Assembly (NCBI GenBank): GCA_043228905.1
Contig: JBHGNT010000005.1
Span: 12,152,001 to 12,216,000, forward strand
Length of the DNA stretch: 64,000 nt
DNA from: Azolla caroliniana
Taxonomy: Eukaryota > Plantae > Polypodiophyta
Direction: 5' to 3'
Part shown: in pieces, positions 26,458-39,138 of the stretch
Layout: each line of letters opens with the position of its first letter
How positions within the stretch are numbered: position 1 is the stretch's first letter
Translations under genes and position numbers: made by a program
The notes under the pieces: generated by a model
Databases searched by the model: none
Told to the model about the DNA's origin: nothing
Seen by the model: the letters and a program-made list of their open reading frames with translations, nothing else

Positions 26458-27113
26458 TGTCGTGTTATTCTGCACACGCAGGAGAAACCAAGGCGGGACC
26501 GTGGGGGCCCTCAACCGGGGAATAACCGAACAAAGGGAGGAGCAACACGAAACGATGATCGAGCCGTGCACACAAATACACAGAGAACTCACAATCAAGA
26601 TCGAACGACGAATAAGGCAATATGTGTGTGTGTGTGTGTGCACAAGATTACAACCGGCTAGCCGGTAAGCGTCAATGCGCTAACACCAACTCACACAACG
26701 CACACAACAACGTGAGATGGAGCCTCTTCAGGAAGCACTCAAGCTTTCCACGAAGCAGAGGCAGCCTCCCAAAACCTGCAGAGAATGATGAAAGACAGAG
26801 GAGAAGAGCTCGGTCCTAGTCCGACAGCACTTTGTCCTCTACAACGCGATATATCACTCAATCCCTTTCCCTCTCCTTTTATAGCCCAAGGAGAGAGAGA
26901 CGTTACAGTTTGTTACATTCACTTTTATTCTCTGTCCTTCCGGATAGAGATACTCCTCGATTCCCTACCTAATGAATACGCGCTACCTCGGATATTCACA
27001 TCGCCGACTTGTGCCTAACTATGTACAATACATAAAAACATGCGCCCGCATGTAAGGGTTGGTTCATGCTCTCTATTCACCGGTTCCTCCTAGGGACGGT
27101 TTTCTCCACGACA
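26458..27113 (-). repeat. B3 3' LTR
   Basis: TGTCGTG...CACGACA ends; blocks similar to the B1 LTR. Confidence 0.82.
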
Positions 27114-28063
27114 TCCACCCCCACCTAACCACGCATCCACCGGTATGCGCCAGAATAGACCTTTGCCGGAGAAGACCGGCCCGCGCTTATTTTACGATCT
27201 TTGGATCGCCATCCGCTCCGAACCAGTCGCCGCCACTATCCATGTCCTTTCGGTCCGGTTCATCCTCGTGCCACTTCTTGAACTCCTTGATCCTCTTCCC
27301 GGCCACCGGCACAGCTATTCTCGTTCTGTCAAGCTCCGCGAGATGGTAGGTGCCGTTGTCGTCACCGCGTAAGGCCCGAACCACCTCTTCACAAATTTCT
27401 GCATCACCTTGTGCTGGTTGTCGAGCCTGTTGTCATAGACCGGTGTCGTGAAGAAAACCGTCCACAAGCGGAATCGGTGCAGAGGAGCGTAGGAACCAGC
27501 TCTTCTCGAATGCTGCCCATAGAAGATCCTAGGCAGGTAGATTTAGTGGGTAGGAAGTAAAGGGGAAACGGCTCCTTCCTTGCCTATAAAAGGAGGGAGA
27601 CGCGAGGGGGGGAGGGGATCGCAGGGAAGGGAGGACGAAGTGCTGTCGGTTTGTGTGCGAAGGTCTCTCTCTCTCTCTCTCTCTGGTTCGCAAACTCCAT
27701 AGCTTCCTTCTGTGCAGGTTTCGGGAGGCTCGCGCTGCTCTGAGGAATGCCCGAGCACTTCCGGCAGCACCTCCAACCTACTCCTTCCTTTCTGTGTGTT
27801 TACGAACAGGTATCGGCATCTGTTCGCCGGCCTGTTCGGTTGTAACCGACTTCGCGTTTTGTCGTTTGTCTTTGTTAATACATACATACATTCGTGTCTC
27901 TCTGTGTCGTTGTCCCACTCGCGTCTTTGTGTCGAGGGGCCGTGTCCCTGTGAATCTACTCTCGCACGTAGTGGGTCTCTTCTCCTTTCTCTCTTGCTCT
28001 TCGGCACAGGACCCCCGAGGTCCCGCCTCATTCCCGCATCCGCGAGGAATACCTCGACATCTT

Positions 28064-28081
28064 TGGTGAACCCGACGTGAA
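28064..28081 (+). promoter_or_regulatory. Primer-binding site complementary to tRNA-Trp
   Basis: TGGTGAACCCGACGTGAA is the reverse complement of the plant cytosolic tRNA-Trp 3' end TTCACGTCGGGTTCA-CCA (tRNA sequence from memory). Confidence 0.8.
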
Positions 28082-30156
28082 GGAGGCGGCAGAAGAGCAG
28101 AAGATGAAAGGGTCGGATCTTGCGGAGGCCATGGCTTCGGCCGTGGATCGGATATTGAGTGCACGCGAGGGCACCGGCGCCCTCGACAGAGCCATTGAGG
28201 CGGTCGTTGGTACGATCGGCCGGTTCAGCGGAAAAGATGCCACGAAGTATTTGGCGTCCTACGGGGCAGAAATGCTGATGCGGGACATTCCGGAAGAGAG
28301 GCGTCTTGCCGGGTTTCCTCGAGTGGCGATGCTGAGCATCCATGCGGAGGTGCTCGAGGTGCGGGCGGAGAGCCGTACCTGGGAGGAGTTTGAAGGCCGA
28401 CTCCTGGAAAAATACGGGCTGGACGACGTGCTCCGGCTTTCGAAACGAGACTTCATGGAATGGGTGGAGTTCCCCGGCAAGAGAAGAAACGCGTCGGCGC
28501 TCCTCCGGGAGTTCGAAGAACGCTTTGCACACCTTTCGACGCTTGACCGAACCGTTCTGGATATGAGCCGGGTCCTACTGTTCGTCAAGTCGGTGGACGA
28601 GCGTGACAGGGATCAAGTCGGCTCCTTGCTAGAAACCGAAGACGGGCTGACGACCGACTGGGCTGCGGTTAAGAGAGTCTGTGGCCGTTTCGACAAACGG
28701 CGAGAATGGGCTGACAACGGGGCGGCCGGTGTGGGCTCTGTCACAGCAAGGAGGCTTGAACCGGCAGCGCAAGTGCGGAGCGAAGAAACCCGGGAATGGC
28801 TCGAAACCGGTCCGGCTTCGACCGGCATGGTCAATGGCTCGTCCGAAGGAGCAGCGCTGGAGGAGTTGACAAGGGCGATAAAGGATCTCCAGATCGCCCA
28901 GACTCGAAGGGAAGGCGGCGAGCCGGCTCGTGACCGACGGCCGGCAGCGGGGAACAGGTGCATGTAGTGCGACGAGGTCAGCCACAGTCGGAAGGACTGC
29001 GGCGATTTCGCACAGGCGTTGAGAAACCGGGTGGTGTACCTGTGGGAAGGTCGGGTGCACGCTGGCGACACCAGGAGGGCCCTAAACCGAAACGATGGGC
29101 GAGGAGGTATGAAGAGACTGATGGAAGAGGCAGCGGCCCGACACGTGGAGGCCATCCACTACTCGGCGTCGGCCGGTATTCGGGTCGGGGGCAGCGAGGC
29201 CCGAAAGGAGAGCAAAGACGGTTTCTGGTCGGCAATGCTGGAAGGCCTCGCCGGCGCATGGCTGAGGAAAGATGAAACGGACCGCGCTGAGAGACGGGTC
29301 CGGGAAATAACCGGGTGGAGCGATCCGGTCGAGGAGAAGACGGGCTTCGTAGAAGCTGGCTGCCGGAACTACGAGGCTTTGGTAGAAGAAAAACAAGTGG
29401 GGAAAGCCGGAGCGGCCGGGCCCTCGCAACGGTACGAGACCCGATTCGGGCAACGACGGAACGATGTCGGTGGGGCCGGCTCGCGAGATAACCCCAGGAA
29501 GGGCGGGTACCGACTGGGGACAGAAATAGAAAGGACTACGGACCTACGAAAGGTCCTAGAAGAACGGATCCTCGACAGCAAAGTGGAGCTGTCATTGCGG
29601 GAGGTGCTAGGGATCGCCAGGAAGGAGTTCCACGACTCCATTGTAGACTTGGTGAAACGGAAGAGACTATCGACGGAGACGGAACCGGAAAGACCGGTGG
29701 AGGTGCGGACGACGCACATCGACGACTCGGCGCTGGAAGATGAGTGGGCGGAGAGCCACTATTCGAGGCCACACTGGGCCCGAGCGACCACGGAGACCCC
29801 GGTAAAGATCGGAGATGTTCAGGAACCGGTGGTGGCGTTGGTGGACCACGGTTCGGAAATAAACCTAATGTCCATGGACTTCTATAAGAAGGGAAAGTGG
29901 CCGATCAACACCAGGCACGGGTGGAAGATACGGGCGGCGACGTGCGCCACCGAGGAACTGCACGGGGCCTGCCCGAATGTGCGAGTAAAGATCGGCGACG
30001 TCGAGATTGACCAGCACTTCTTCGTACAGGAGACGTCCTCGCATCCGGTCATATTAGGTGAACCATACATCACGGCGGCGAGAATGGAGACCAAGGTGCT
30101 GGACAACGGTTCGGCCTACGCGAGGGTCAAAAGCCAGGACGGGCGCCATTCGGTGC

Positions 30157-33100
30157 TGTTGGGATTACGGTCCCTCCGGATGGGATGGTCGGATGTCCGG
30201 GAACCGGGAATGAAGACCCGAATGAGGAGTACTCGGTATCGAAGCCGGATGATGAAGACCCGGTTCCGGATCCGGATGATGAAGACCCGGTTCCGGATCC
30301 GGATGATGAAGACCCCGGCTACGGAGCCGGATGACGAATGTACCCGGAGAGAGATCCGGATGCGGGGACTTATTTTGTGAATATGTTTGCCAAGGCCCCT
30401 TGCGGCTATATTTGTAAATAGCCCGAAAGTCATATGTGTATAAATATGACTTAGGGCAAACAGTTTTGTTGTTGCTCATTTTTCTGTTTTCCACTTAGAG
30501 GGAGCGAAGTGAGAGCAGCCCAGAGAGAGAGTGAGAGAGAGAGAGAAAGGAAGAGGTCGACGCCTCTGTGTAATACCGCCGCCTGTGGCGAGGACAGCGA
30601 GCTCAAGGTCGTCGCCTTGCAGCTCGCCATTGTACATTCCCTACGTATAGTGATAGTTGGAGTCTTGCACTCCCGTGGTTTTTCCCATCTAGGGTTTTCC
30701 ACGCTAAACCCTGTGCATTCGAGTCTCTCTCTGTGTTTTTCGATTTACTGCTACACTGACTCGTGTGTCCTCGGTTGTGGCCGAGAGGTGAAGGTTTTGA
30801 AAGCGTCAATTTCTAACAATCTGGTATCAGAGCGACTGCAGTGCAGAAAATGGAAGGCGGCAGCAGCGGGCAGCCGGGGATGATGGTGCTGAATGCGCAG
30901 AACTACGCCGACTGGAAGATAAAGATGGAGGATCTGCTCATTGTTCGGGACCTGTATGAACCGATCGACAGGTCGGAAATACCCAAGGGGGTACTTGAGA
31001 CGGAATGGAGGCTTCTGAACCGGAAAGCCGTTGCAACCATTCGGCAATACGTCGACGTGAGCGTTCTACAACATGTGGCGAACGACACCAACGCATATGA
31101 GATGTGGCAGAAGCTGTCGGGCCTCTACGAGAGGAAGAATGCGTTGAACCGGACCTCCCTGATGAGGAAGATAGTGAACCTCAAGTACCGGGACGGCGAG
31201 AGTATGGTGGAACACGTAAGCACGTTCATGGGATTCGTGAACCAGCTTGCGGCGATCAAGTTCCCGTTGGAGGATGCAATGCAAGCCATCATGCTGATGT
31301 GTACATTGCCGGAAAGCTGGGAGAACTTGGTGGTGACTCTCAGCACCTCCTGCACCGAAGATAACTTGTCCCTACAAACGGTAAAGACAAGCATTTTGAA
31401 CGAAGAAGCACGTCGGAGAGATAAAGAACCGGCCTCCGATCCGAAGATGCTGCTTACCGAATCGGATCGGGGAAGACAACGGAACCGGAGTCCGCAAAGA
31501 CGGGAGAAGTCGGGGACCCGGTCGCAGTCAAGAGGAAGGCTCACATGCTTCCACTGTGGGAAGCCGGGGCACTTCCGGAAGAAATGTCGGCATTACCGAA
31601 AGGACAACGGAACCGACGACACCGATTCGAAGAAGTCTTCGGAACGGAACGGCGCTTACCGGGGAGCCACGGACCGGAATGGTTCGGATCGGCGAGGGCA
31701 GGACCGGAAAGGAACGACGGCACTCGCGGCAAGTGAAGAGGAGATCATGCTCATCACCGAAGAAGGTGAACTAAACATTGCCGGCGATGAGACTACCTGG
31801 GTGGTCGATTCCGGAGCGTCGTTCCACTTGACCCCGGAAAGAAGATACTTCTCATCCTACACAGCCGGTGAGCATGGCTGTGTTCGGATGGGAAATGAAG
31901 GTACGTGCCGGATTGCCGGCATAGGAGACGTGTGGTTGACAACCTCGACCGGATGCAAAATGTTGCTGAAGGATGTCCGACACGTTCCGGAGGTTCGATT
32001 GAACCTGATTTCGGCCGGGAGGCTAGACGATGAACGCTACACAGGTAGCATCCGGAACTGCGTAATGAAGTTCAGCAAGGGGAGCCTGATAGTGGCTCGG
32101 GCCCGGAAAGTCAACACACTGTACCTTATGAATGCCTGGTTGTGTCCGGAGGAGTTGAACGTGGCAGCCGACACTGCCGGTGAGCTGTGGCACAAGAGAC
32201 TGTGCCACATGAGTGAGAAGGGGATGAAGAGGCTTGCAGAAGACAACCTTATTCCAGTGAAGCATGTGCACCTGGAGAAGTGCACCGATTGCCTGGCCGG
32301 TAAGCAGAACCGAACCTCCTTCCACTCAAGGCCACCGACGAGACGTAGCGCACCATTGGAGTTGGTGCACACTGACGTGTGTCAAGTAGAAACGAAGTCA
32401 CATGGCGGAGCCCAGTACTTCGTGACATTCATTGATGACCACAGCCGGAAGCTGTCGACGGCACCGTTGAAGACAAAGGACCAAGTGTTGTGCGTCTTCA
32501 AAGAACTCCACGCGAGAGTGGAAAGGGAATCCGGCAAGAAGCTGAAAGCGATACGATCGGATAACGGAGGGGAATACCGGGGGCAGTTCAAGGAGTACTG
32601 TCGCTCGAAGGGAAGCCGGCTCGAGTTTACTGTGCCGAAGACGCCGGAACTGAACGGGCTGGCCGAGAGGATGAACCGGACCATAATGGAGAGGGTCCGG
32701 AGTATGCTGGCGCATGCGAAATTACCCAAGGGGTTTTGGGCTGAGGCAATGTCGACGGCGACATACGTGATAAATAGATCACCCTCAGTACCTTTGGACG
32801 GAGACACGCCGCAGAGAGTGTGGACCGGTAGGGAAGTATCCTACCGGCATCTGAAGGTGTTCGGGTGTCTCGCATATGTGCATGTGGCAAAGGACCGGAG
32901 AGGAAAGCTAGATCCAAAGACCCGGCCATGCATATTCCTCGGTTACGGCGATGACGAGTTCGGCTACCGAGTATGGGACCCGGTCGACAAAAAGATATTC
33001 CGGAGTCGTGATATCATCTTCATGGAGGACAAGACACTCGCCGACTGGGAGTCGGAGAAGAAGATGAAGAGCTCCAAGTCGACCGGTGAGGATCAACTCT

Positions 33101-35298
33101 ACGAGGAGCAGTCCCGACCGGCAAGGGACCGGTTAGCACTCGAGGATCCGGCCGAAGACGGTGAAGAAACAGAACCGGCCGAGGAAGATGAAACTGATAC
33201 CGGAACCGGCCCCGATCCCGAAATGGATTCGGATGAAGAGGAAACGGAGGAGCCGGTTACCGAAGCTCCGGAACGGAGATATCCTCTAAGAGAGAGAAGG
33301 GCCCCCCGGAGATTTCCGGAACCAGAGCACGTGCTGCTACCCGACGAGGGGGAGCCGGAGAGTTTTGAAGAAGCAAAGCTTGACACCCATAGCCGCAGGT
33401 GGTTAAGTGCCATGCAGGAGGAGATGGATTCCCTGCATGAGAACCACACATATGAACTTGTGGAGTTGCCGAAAGGAAAGCGGACACTTCGAAACAAGTG
33501 GGTGTTCAAGCTGAAACCGGGAGATGCCGGAAACCCCCCGAGATACAAAGCCAGGATCGTGGTGAAGGGGTTCCAGCAGAAGAAGGGCGTCGACTTCGAC
33601 GAGATATTTGCCCCGGTAGTGAAGATGACCTCCATCCGGACGGTGTTGAGCATAGCGGCAAGCATGGACCTCGAGGTAGAACAGATGGACGTGAAGACGG
33701 CATTCCTTCACGGTGACCTCGAAGAAGAGATCTACATGCATCAACCGTAAGGATTCGAGAAGAAAGGGAAGGAGCACCTGGTATGCCGGTTGAAGAAGAG
33801 CCTTTACGGACTGAAGCAGGCTCCCCGGCAATGGTACCGGAAGTTCGACTCTTTCATGACCGACGAAGGGTACCACAAAACGCAGTCCGATCACTGCGTG
33901 TTTGTGAAGAAGTTCGAAGGAGGAGACTTTCTAATACTCCTCCTGTACGTGGACGACATGTTGATCGTCGGACGGGAGCAGGTCAAGATACGGATGCTTA
34001 AGAAAGGGCTTCACCGAACCTTCTCAATGAAGGACCTGGGTCCTGCGAGGCAAATACTAGGGATGCACATCATCCGGGACCGGAAGAAGAAGCAGTTGTG
34101 GCTGTCACAGGAGAAGTACTTGAAAAAGGTGCTTCACCGGTTCAACATGTCGGAAGCAAGACCGGTCGGGTCAACCCTCCCGGCAAACTGCAAGCTGTCC
34201 AGCAAGCAAAGCCCCAAGACAAAGGCTGAGAAGGAGGACATGATGAAAGTACCATATGCCTCTGCCGTCGGAAGCTTGATGTACGCAATGGTGTGTACAA
34301 GACCGGACATAGGATATGCAGTCGGAGTGGTGAGCCGGTACATGAGCAATCCCGGCAAAGAGCACTGGAACGCGGCCAAGTGGATACTCCGATACCTGAA
34401 GGGCACGGCAAAGGTGTGCCTCCGATTCGGCTCCGGTAAGCCCGAACTCGACGGCTTTACCGATTCGGATATGTCGGCTGATGCAGATACCAGCCGGTCC
34501 ACATCAGGGTATGTGATGACGTATGCAGGGGGAGCTGTTTCGTGGCAGTCGAGGCTGCAGAAAACGGTTGCATTGTCAACCACGGAGGCGGAGTACATGG
34601 CGGCTGTTGAAGCCGGCAAGGAAATAATATGGATGAAGGACTTCATTAGAGAGCTCGGTATCCGGCAGGAGGAGTACCGACTCTACTGCGACAGTCAGAG
34701 TGCCATCCACCTTGCGAAGAACGCGGCCTATCACTCCCGGACAAAGCACATCCAGCGAAGATATCACTAGATCCGGGAAAGGATAGAAGACCAGGAGTTC
34801 GTGCTGACGAAGATCCACACGGACGAGAACGGGTCAGATATGCTGACCAAAGTGCTCACACCCGACAAGCTGGAAGCGTGCCGAAAGAGGGTCGGACTGG
34901 AAAGACATCCCATGCCGAAGTGAAAGGGGAGTTTGTTGGGATTACGGTCCCTCCGGATGGGATGGTCGGATGTCCGGGAACCGGGAATGAAGACCCGAAT
35001 GAGGAGTACCCGGTATCGAAGCCGGATGATGAAGACCCGGTTCCGGATCCGGATGATGAAGACCCGGTTCCGGATCCGGATGATGAAGACCCCGGCTACG
35101 GAGCCGGATGACGAATGTACCCGGAGAGAGATCCGGATGCGGGGACTTATTTTGTGAATATGTTTGCCAAGGCCCCTTGCGGCTATATTTGTAAATAGCC
35201 CGAAAGTCATATGTGTATAAATATGACTTAGGGCAAACAGTTTTGTTGTTGCTCATTTTTCTGTTTTCCACTTAGAGGGAGCGAAGTGAGAGCAGCCC

Positions 35299-35329
<31 letters not shown>

Positions 35330-35595
35330 GAGGTCGACGCCTTTGTGTAATACCGCCGCCTGTGGCGAGGACAGCGAGCTCAAGGTCGTCGCCTTGCAGC
35401 TCGCCATTGTACATTCCCTGCGTATAGTGATAGTTGGAGTCTTGCACTCCCGTGGTTTTTCCCGTCTAGGGTTTTCCACGCTAAACCCTGTGCATTCGAG
35501 TCTCTCTCTATGTTTTTCGATTTACTGCTGCACTGACTCGTGTGTCCTCGGTTGTGGCCGAGAGGTGAAGGTTTTGAAAGCGTCAATTTCTAACA
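30157..35595 (+). mobile_element. Ty1/Copia element E1 (Tnt1/Tork-like), full length
   Basis: 662-bp LTRs at 30157-30818 and 34934-35595 (about 7 substitutions by eye); Met-i PBS at 30822-30833; PPT at 34923-34931; perfect TSD ggtgc. Confidence 0.97.
30850..34923 (+). pseudogene. E1 gag-pol polyprotein with two in-frame stops
   Basis: CFHCGKPGHFRKKC, WVVDSGAS, HTD/SDNGGEY/AER, YVDD, TDSD motifs; stops at 33748 and 34768. Confidence 0.95.
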
Positions 35596-35664
35596 GGTGC
35601 AATTTTTGACGGTGCGGCCGAACCACGAGAGAAACCGCGAATCCCTCGGTGGCGAGAGCCGGGA

Positions 35665-35730
35665 GGATTTTTAGAGAGGGCTGCCAAGGCGTGGGGCCAA
35701 GACAGCCTGGACACTCGGAAAAGACCCCAC
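35665..35730 (+). promoter_or_regulatory. Putative -1 ribosomal frameshift signal (slippery heptamer plus pseudoknot)
   Basis: G GAT TTT TAG ends ORF1 and pol is open in the -1 frame from this point. The same arrangement occurs at 4594-4603 (-) and 62008-62017 (-). Confidence 0.75.
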
Positions 35731-38700
35731 GACTGTACGATAGGTAGGAAATTTTGCTTCTCCAACAACGGAGGGTGTATGATAGCCGGCATCGTCGGCC
35801 GAGAAAAGTCAAGGGCGGAAGTGCGACTTCGAGCGTGCGGAGTTCTCGGCCCGGACGAGGAAATTAGCGGAGCCGTGCAGGCGGTCTCCTTCGACGACAC
35901 CTTGGGAATGCTAAGGAAGGTAGCCGGAGAAGACCTTAACGAAGACTGGACGATACCGGTATGTTCCGAAGAGATGTACGAAGTCATCGCGGACTTCAGT
36001 TAGGGGCTCGGGTCGGATCGGACGGCCCGAGTTAGCACGAAGTACAAGACTGTGGACCGGAAGGTAAGGCCAGTCGCGGCACCCTTACCGGAGGGCAGCG
36101 AGTCCCGAATCAGAGGGGTGGCGTTGGACCCCAGTTTACGAGATCCGGCCTGCATAGGACGCACCTTCACCGACGGGACGCTCCGGGAGCTCAAGATCGG
36201 TGGGGGCGGGTTCCTACTGCCGGCGGAGGAAGACCGGTTTCGGAGAATGCTCGGAGGGCACGGGAAAGCCTTCACATTCTCGCCGGAGGAGATCGGGTGC
36301 GTAGACCCGGCAATCGTGGAGCCGATGGTGATATTCACGGTACCGCATGTGCCGTGGAATCTCAAGCCGATTCTGGTACCAAGAGCTCACATCCCGGAGT
36401 TGATGGAGCTACTGAGGCAGAAAGTCGATATGGGTATTCTCGAACCGTCGAGTGCGCCATACTCGAACCGATGGTTTACCATACCAAAGAAAAACGGAAC
36501 ATTGCGCTTCATTCAGGACCTGCAGCCGGTCAACAGAGTGACCATTCGGAACGCAGGAATCGGACCGACCATAGACGAGTTCGCGGAGGCCTTCGCCGGA
36601 AGGTCGATTTACTCGGTCGGTGATCTGTACTCGGGATATGACCAGTTCCAGCTAGCCGTGGAGAGCAGAGACATTACGACGATGCGAACTCCCCTCGGCC
36701 TAGTGCGAATGTGTACCCTGCCGCAAGGAGGGACCAACTCGGTGGCCCACATGGTGAATGCAATGAACAAGGTACTGAGGGATTGCATCCCGAACATCAC
36801 CATGCCGTTTCTAGACGACATCCCTATCAAAGGGTGCCCGGTGGAAGAGAAGGACGAGACGGTCGGGCCGGACGGATGCCGGCGATTCGTGGCAACTCAC
36901 ATCGGCGACTGCAAGAAGTTGCTACAAAGGCTAGAGGATGCGAGGCTCACCTTCTCCGGGGAGAAATCGGCCTTCGGGCAATCAGAAATCCTGGTGGTCG
37001 GGCACCTATGTGGACCGTATGGCCGGAAGCCGTCTCCGGCAAAGGTAGAAGCCATCTCCGCGATGAAGACCGACTGTAGCTCGGTTACGGAAGTTCGGAG
37101 GTTCCTGGGGGCATGCGCATTCTACCACATATGGATCCCACATAACGCCCACGTTGCGGAGCCGCTATACGGGTTGCTGAAGAAAGGGCGAAAATTCGAG
37201 TGGCGAGACGAGCACGCGGAGTCGGTCCGGAAGCTGAAGGAAGCTCTTGCGGCAGCACCGGCGCTCCGGAAGGCTGTCTACGAGAAGGGTACCCCGGTAT
37301 ACATAACGGTGGATACGAGTCCGACCGGGATCGGATGGGTCGTCAACCAAGAAGACGGGGACGGCATTCGGTTCCCGATCCGATTCGGCGCGAAGGTCCT
37401 CAGCGAGCGACAGCGAGGGTACGCCCAGGTTAAACGCGAACTCTGGGGTATCGTTTCGGTAGTAAAGGCCGACAAAGACTACCTGATCGGGATGGAAGTG
37501 ATTATCGAGACCGATTGCCTGCCAATTCTCGGCATGGTTTCAGGATGCGTGACACCGGACTTGGCAATGCTCAGGTGGATAGCGTACATCAAGTCCCTGG
37601 ATCCGGAAATACGACACATTTCCGGAAAGGACAACGCCATGGCCGACATGCTTTCGAGGGCGAGGTTTGATGACGAGGGCGGCATGGTTTCAGAGGACGA
37701 AGAAGTCGGCGTGGACTTCTTCGAGGCGGCGTACGTGACGACCGATGGGACGAGCACTCCGGCACTTAATGACTTCGACGAGAGCAAGTACGACGGCGAG
37801 TGGCTCCAGATCGGTGGATTTTTGAGGACAATGACGCCGGATGCGTCATGGACGAAGGACGAGGCCAACCGGATCCGGAAGAAAGCATACCGATTCTTTC
37901 TCCGGGACGGATACTTATGGAAGCACCCGAAGAAGAGGAACGGCGTCCCGCTCCGGGTGGTGGCGATGAAGGAAGAACAGGAGGAGCTGCTGACGGCCTA
38001 CCACGACAGCCCTTGGGCCGGACACCGTGGAACCTGGGCCACGTTCGAGAAGATAAAGGGGAAGTACTGGTGGCCGGGACTGTACCGGGACGTGCATCGG
38101 TTCGTGACAACTTGCGAGAGCTGTCAGATGCACTCCATAGTCCGACACCGGGACAAACTTCACCCTACGTACCCTCCGACCATCCACTTCAAATGGATGG
38201 TAGACCTGGTGACGATGCCAATGGGAGTAGGACAGATGCGGTATCTGGTCCTGGCTCGGGAAGATTTGACGAACCAGGTGGAAGGCCGGGCCCTTCAGAA
38301 CAAAACGACTGCAGCCGTATGTCGGTTCCTGCTCGAGGACGTAATATGCCGGTACGGGTGCATCGGGAAGATCGTGGCTGATCGCGGGGAGTTGGACGCC
38401 GAAGAGGCCGAGGAGCTGTTCGACCGATTAGGGGTCAAGCTCTCGCTTACCACTGCGTACAATCTGGAGGCAAATGGAAAGGTGGAACGCGGACACGGAC
38501 CGATCGTCAAGGCGTTAGTTCGGGCATGCGGAGGGCAAGTCGGGAACTGGCCACGGCTGCTGCCTTACGCGTTGTGGGCTGACCGAACTACACACAGTTC
38601 GGTAACCGGATTCATGCCGGCAGAGCTCATGTTTGGGCAGAAGCCGGTCATGCCGATGGAACGTACGATCTCCTCATGGGCAACCGTGGACTGGAGAGAC

Positions 38701-39138
38701 GAGATGAGCCGGGAGGAACTGTTGGCGGCACGCATACGACAGCTCGAGTGAAGACCGGAGGACGTGGAGCAGGCTGCGGAAAAGCTTCGGGAAGCAAGGA
38801 TGAGGAACAAAGCCCGGTTCGACCGAACGCACCGGCTCCGACCGAAGAAGATCGAGGAAGGCGACTGGGTGCTAGTCTACGACAGCAGCCTTGACAACCA
38901 GCACCGAGCGATACGGAAGTTCGCAAGAAGGTGGTTCGGGCCTTACGTGGTACAAAGCGCCAACGACAACGGGACGTACCATCTGGCGGAACTCGACGGT
39001 ACGAGAATGGCGATACCGGTAGCGGGGAAGCGGATCAAAGCGTTCAAGAAGCGTCACGACGACGAGCCGGATCCGGTTGACCTGGACCGCGACGACGAAC
39101 GATCCGAAACCGAGGCAGAACCGACGAGCGGGGAATGA
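35671..39138 (+). pseudogene. B2 pol (RT-RH-INT)
   Basis: Near-identical to B1 pol; stops at 36001 (CAG>TAG) and 38749 (CGA>TGA). Confidence 0.92.

Larger units (their letters stand above)
28104..35674 (+). pseudogene. B2 ORF1 gag-protease, split by E1 (30157-35595)
   Basis: TGG>TAG stop in the zinc knuckle at 28965; protease LVDHGSEINLM; ends ...GGESREDF* at 35674. Confidence 0.87.

Noticed and set aside
33748-33750. In-frame stops in E1/E2/B2 as programmed readthrough sites
   Set aside because: The stops differ between sister copies, and most are C>T or G>A transitions typical of methylation-driven decay.
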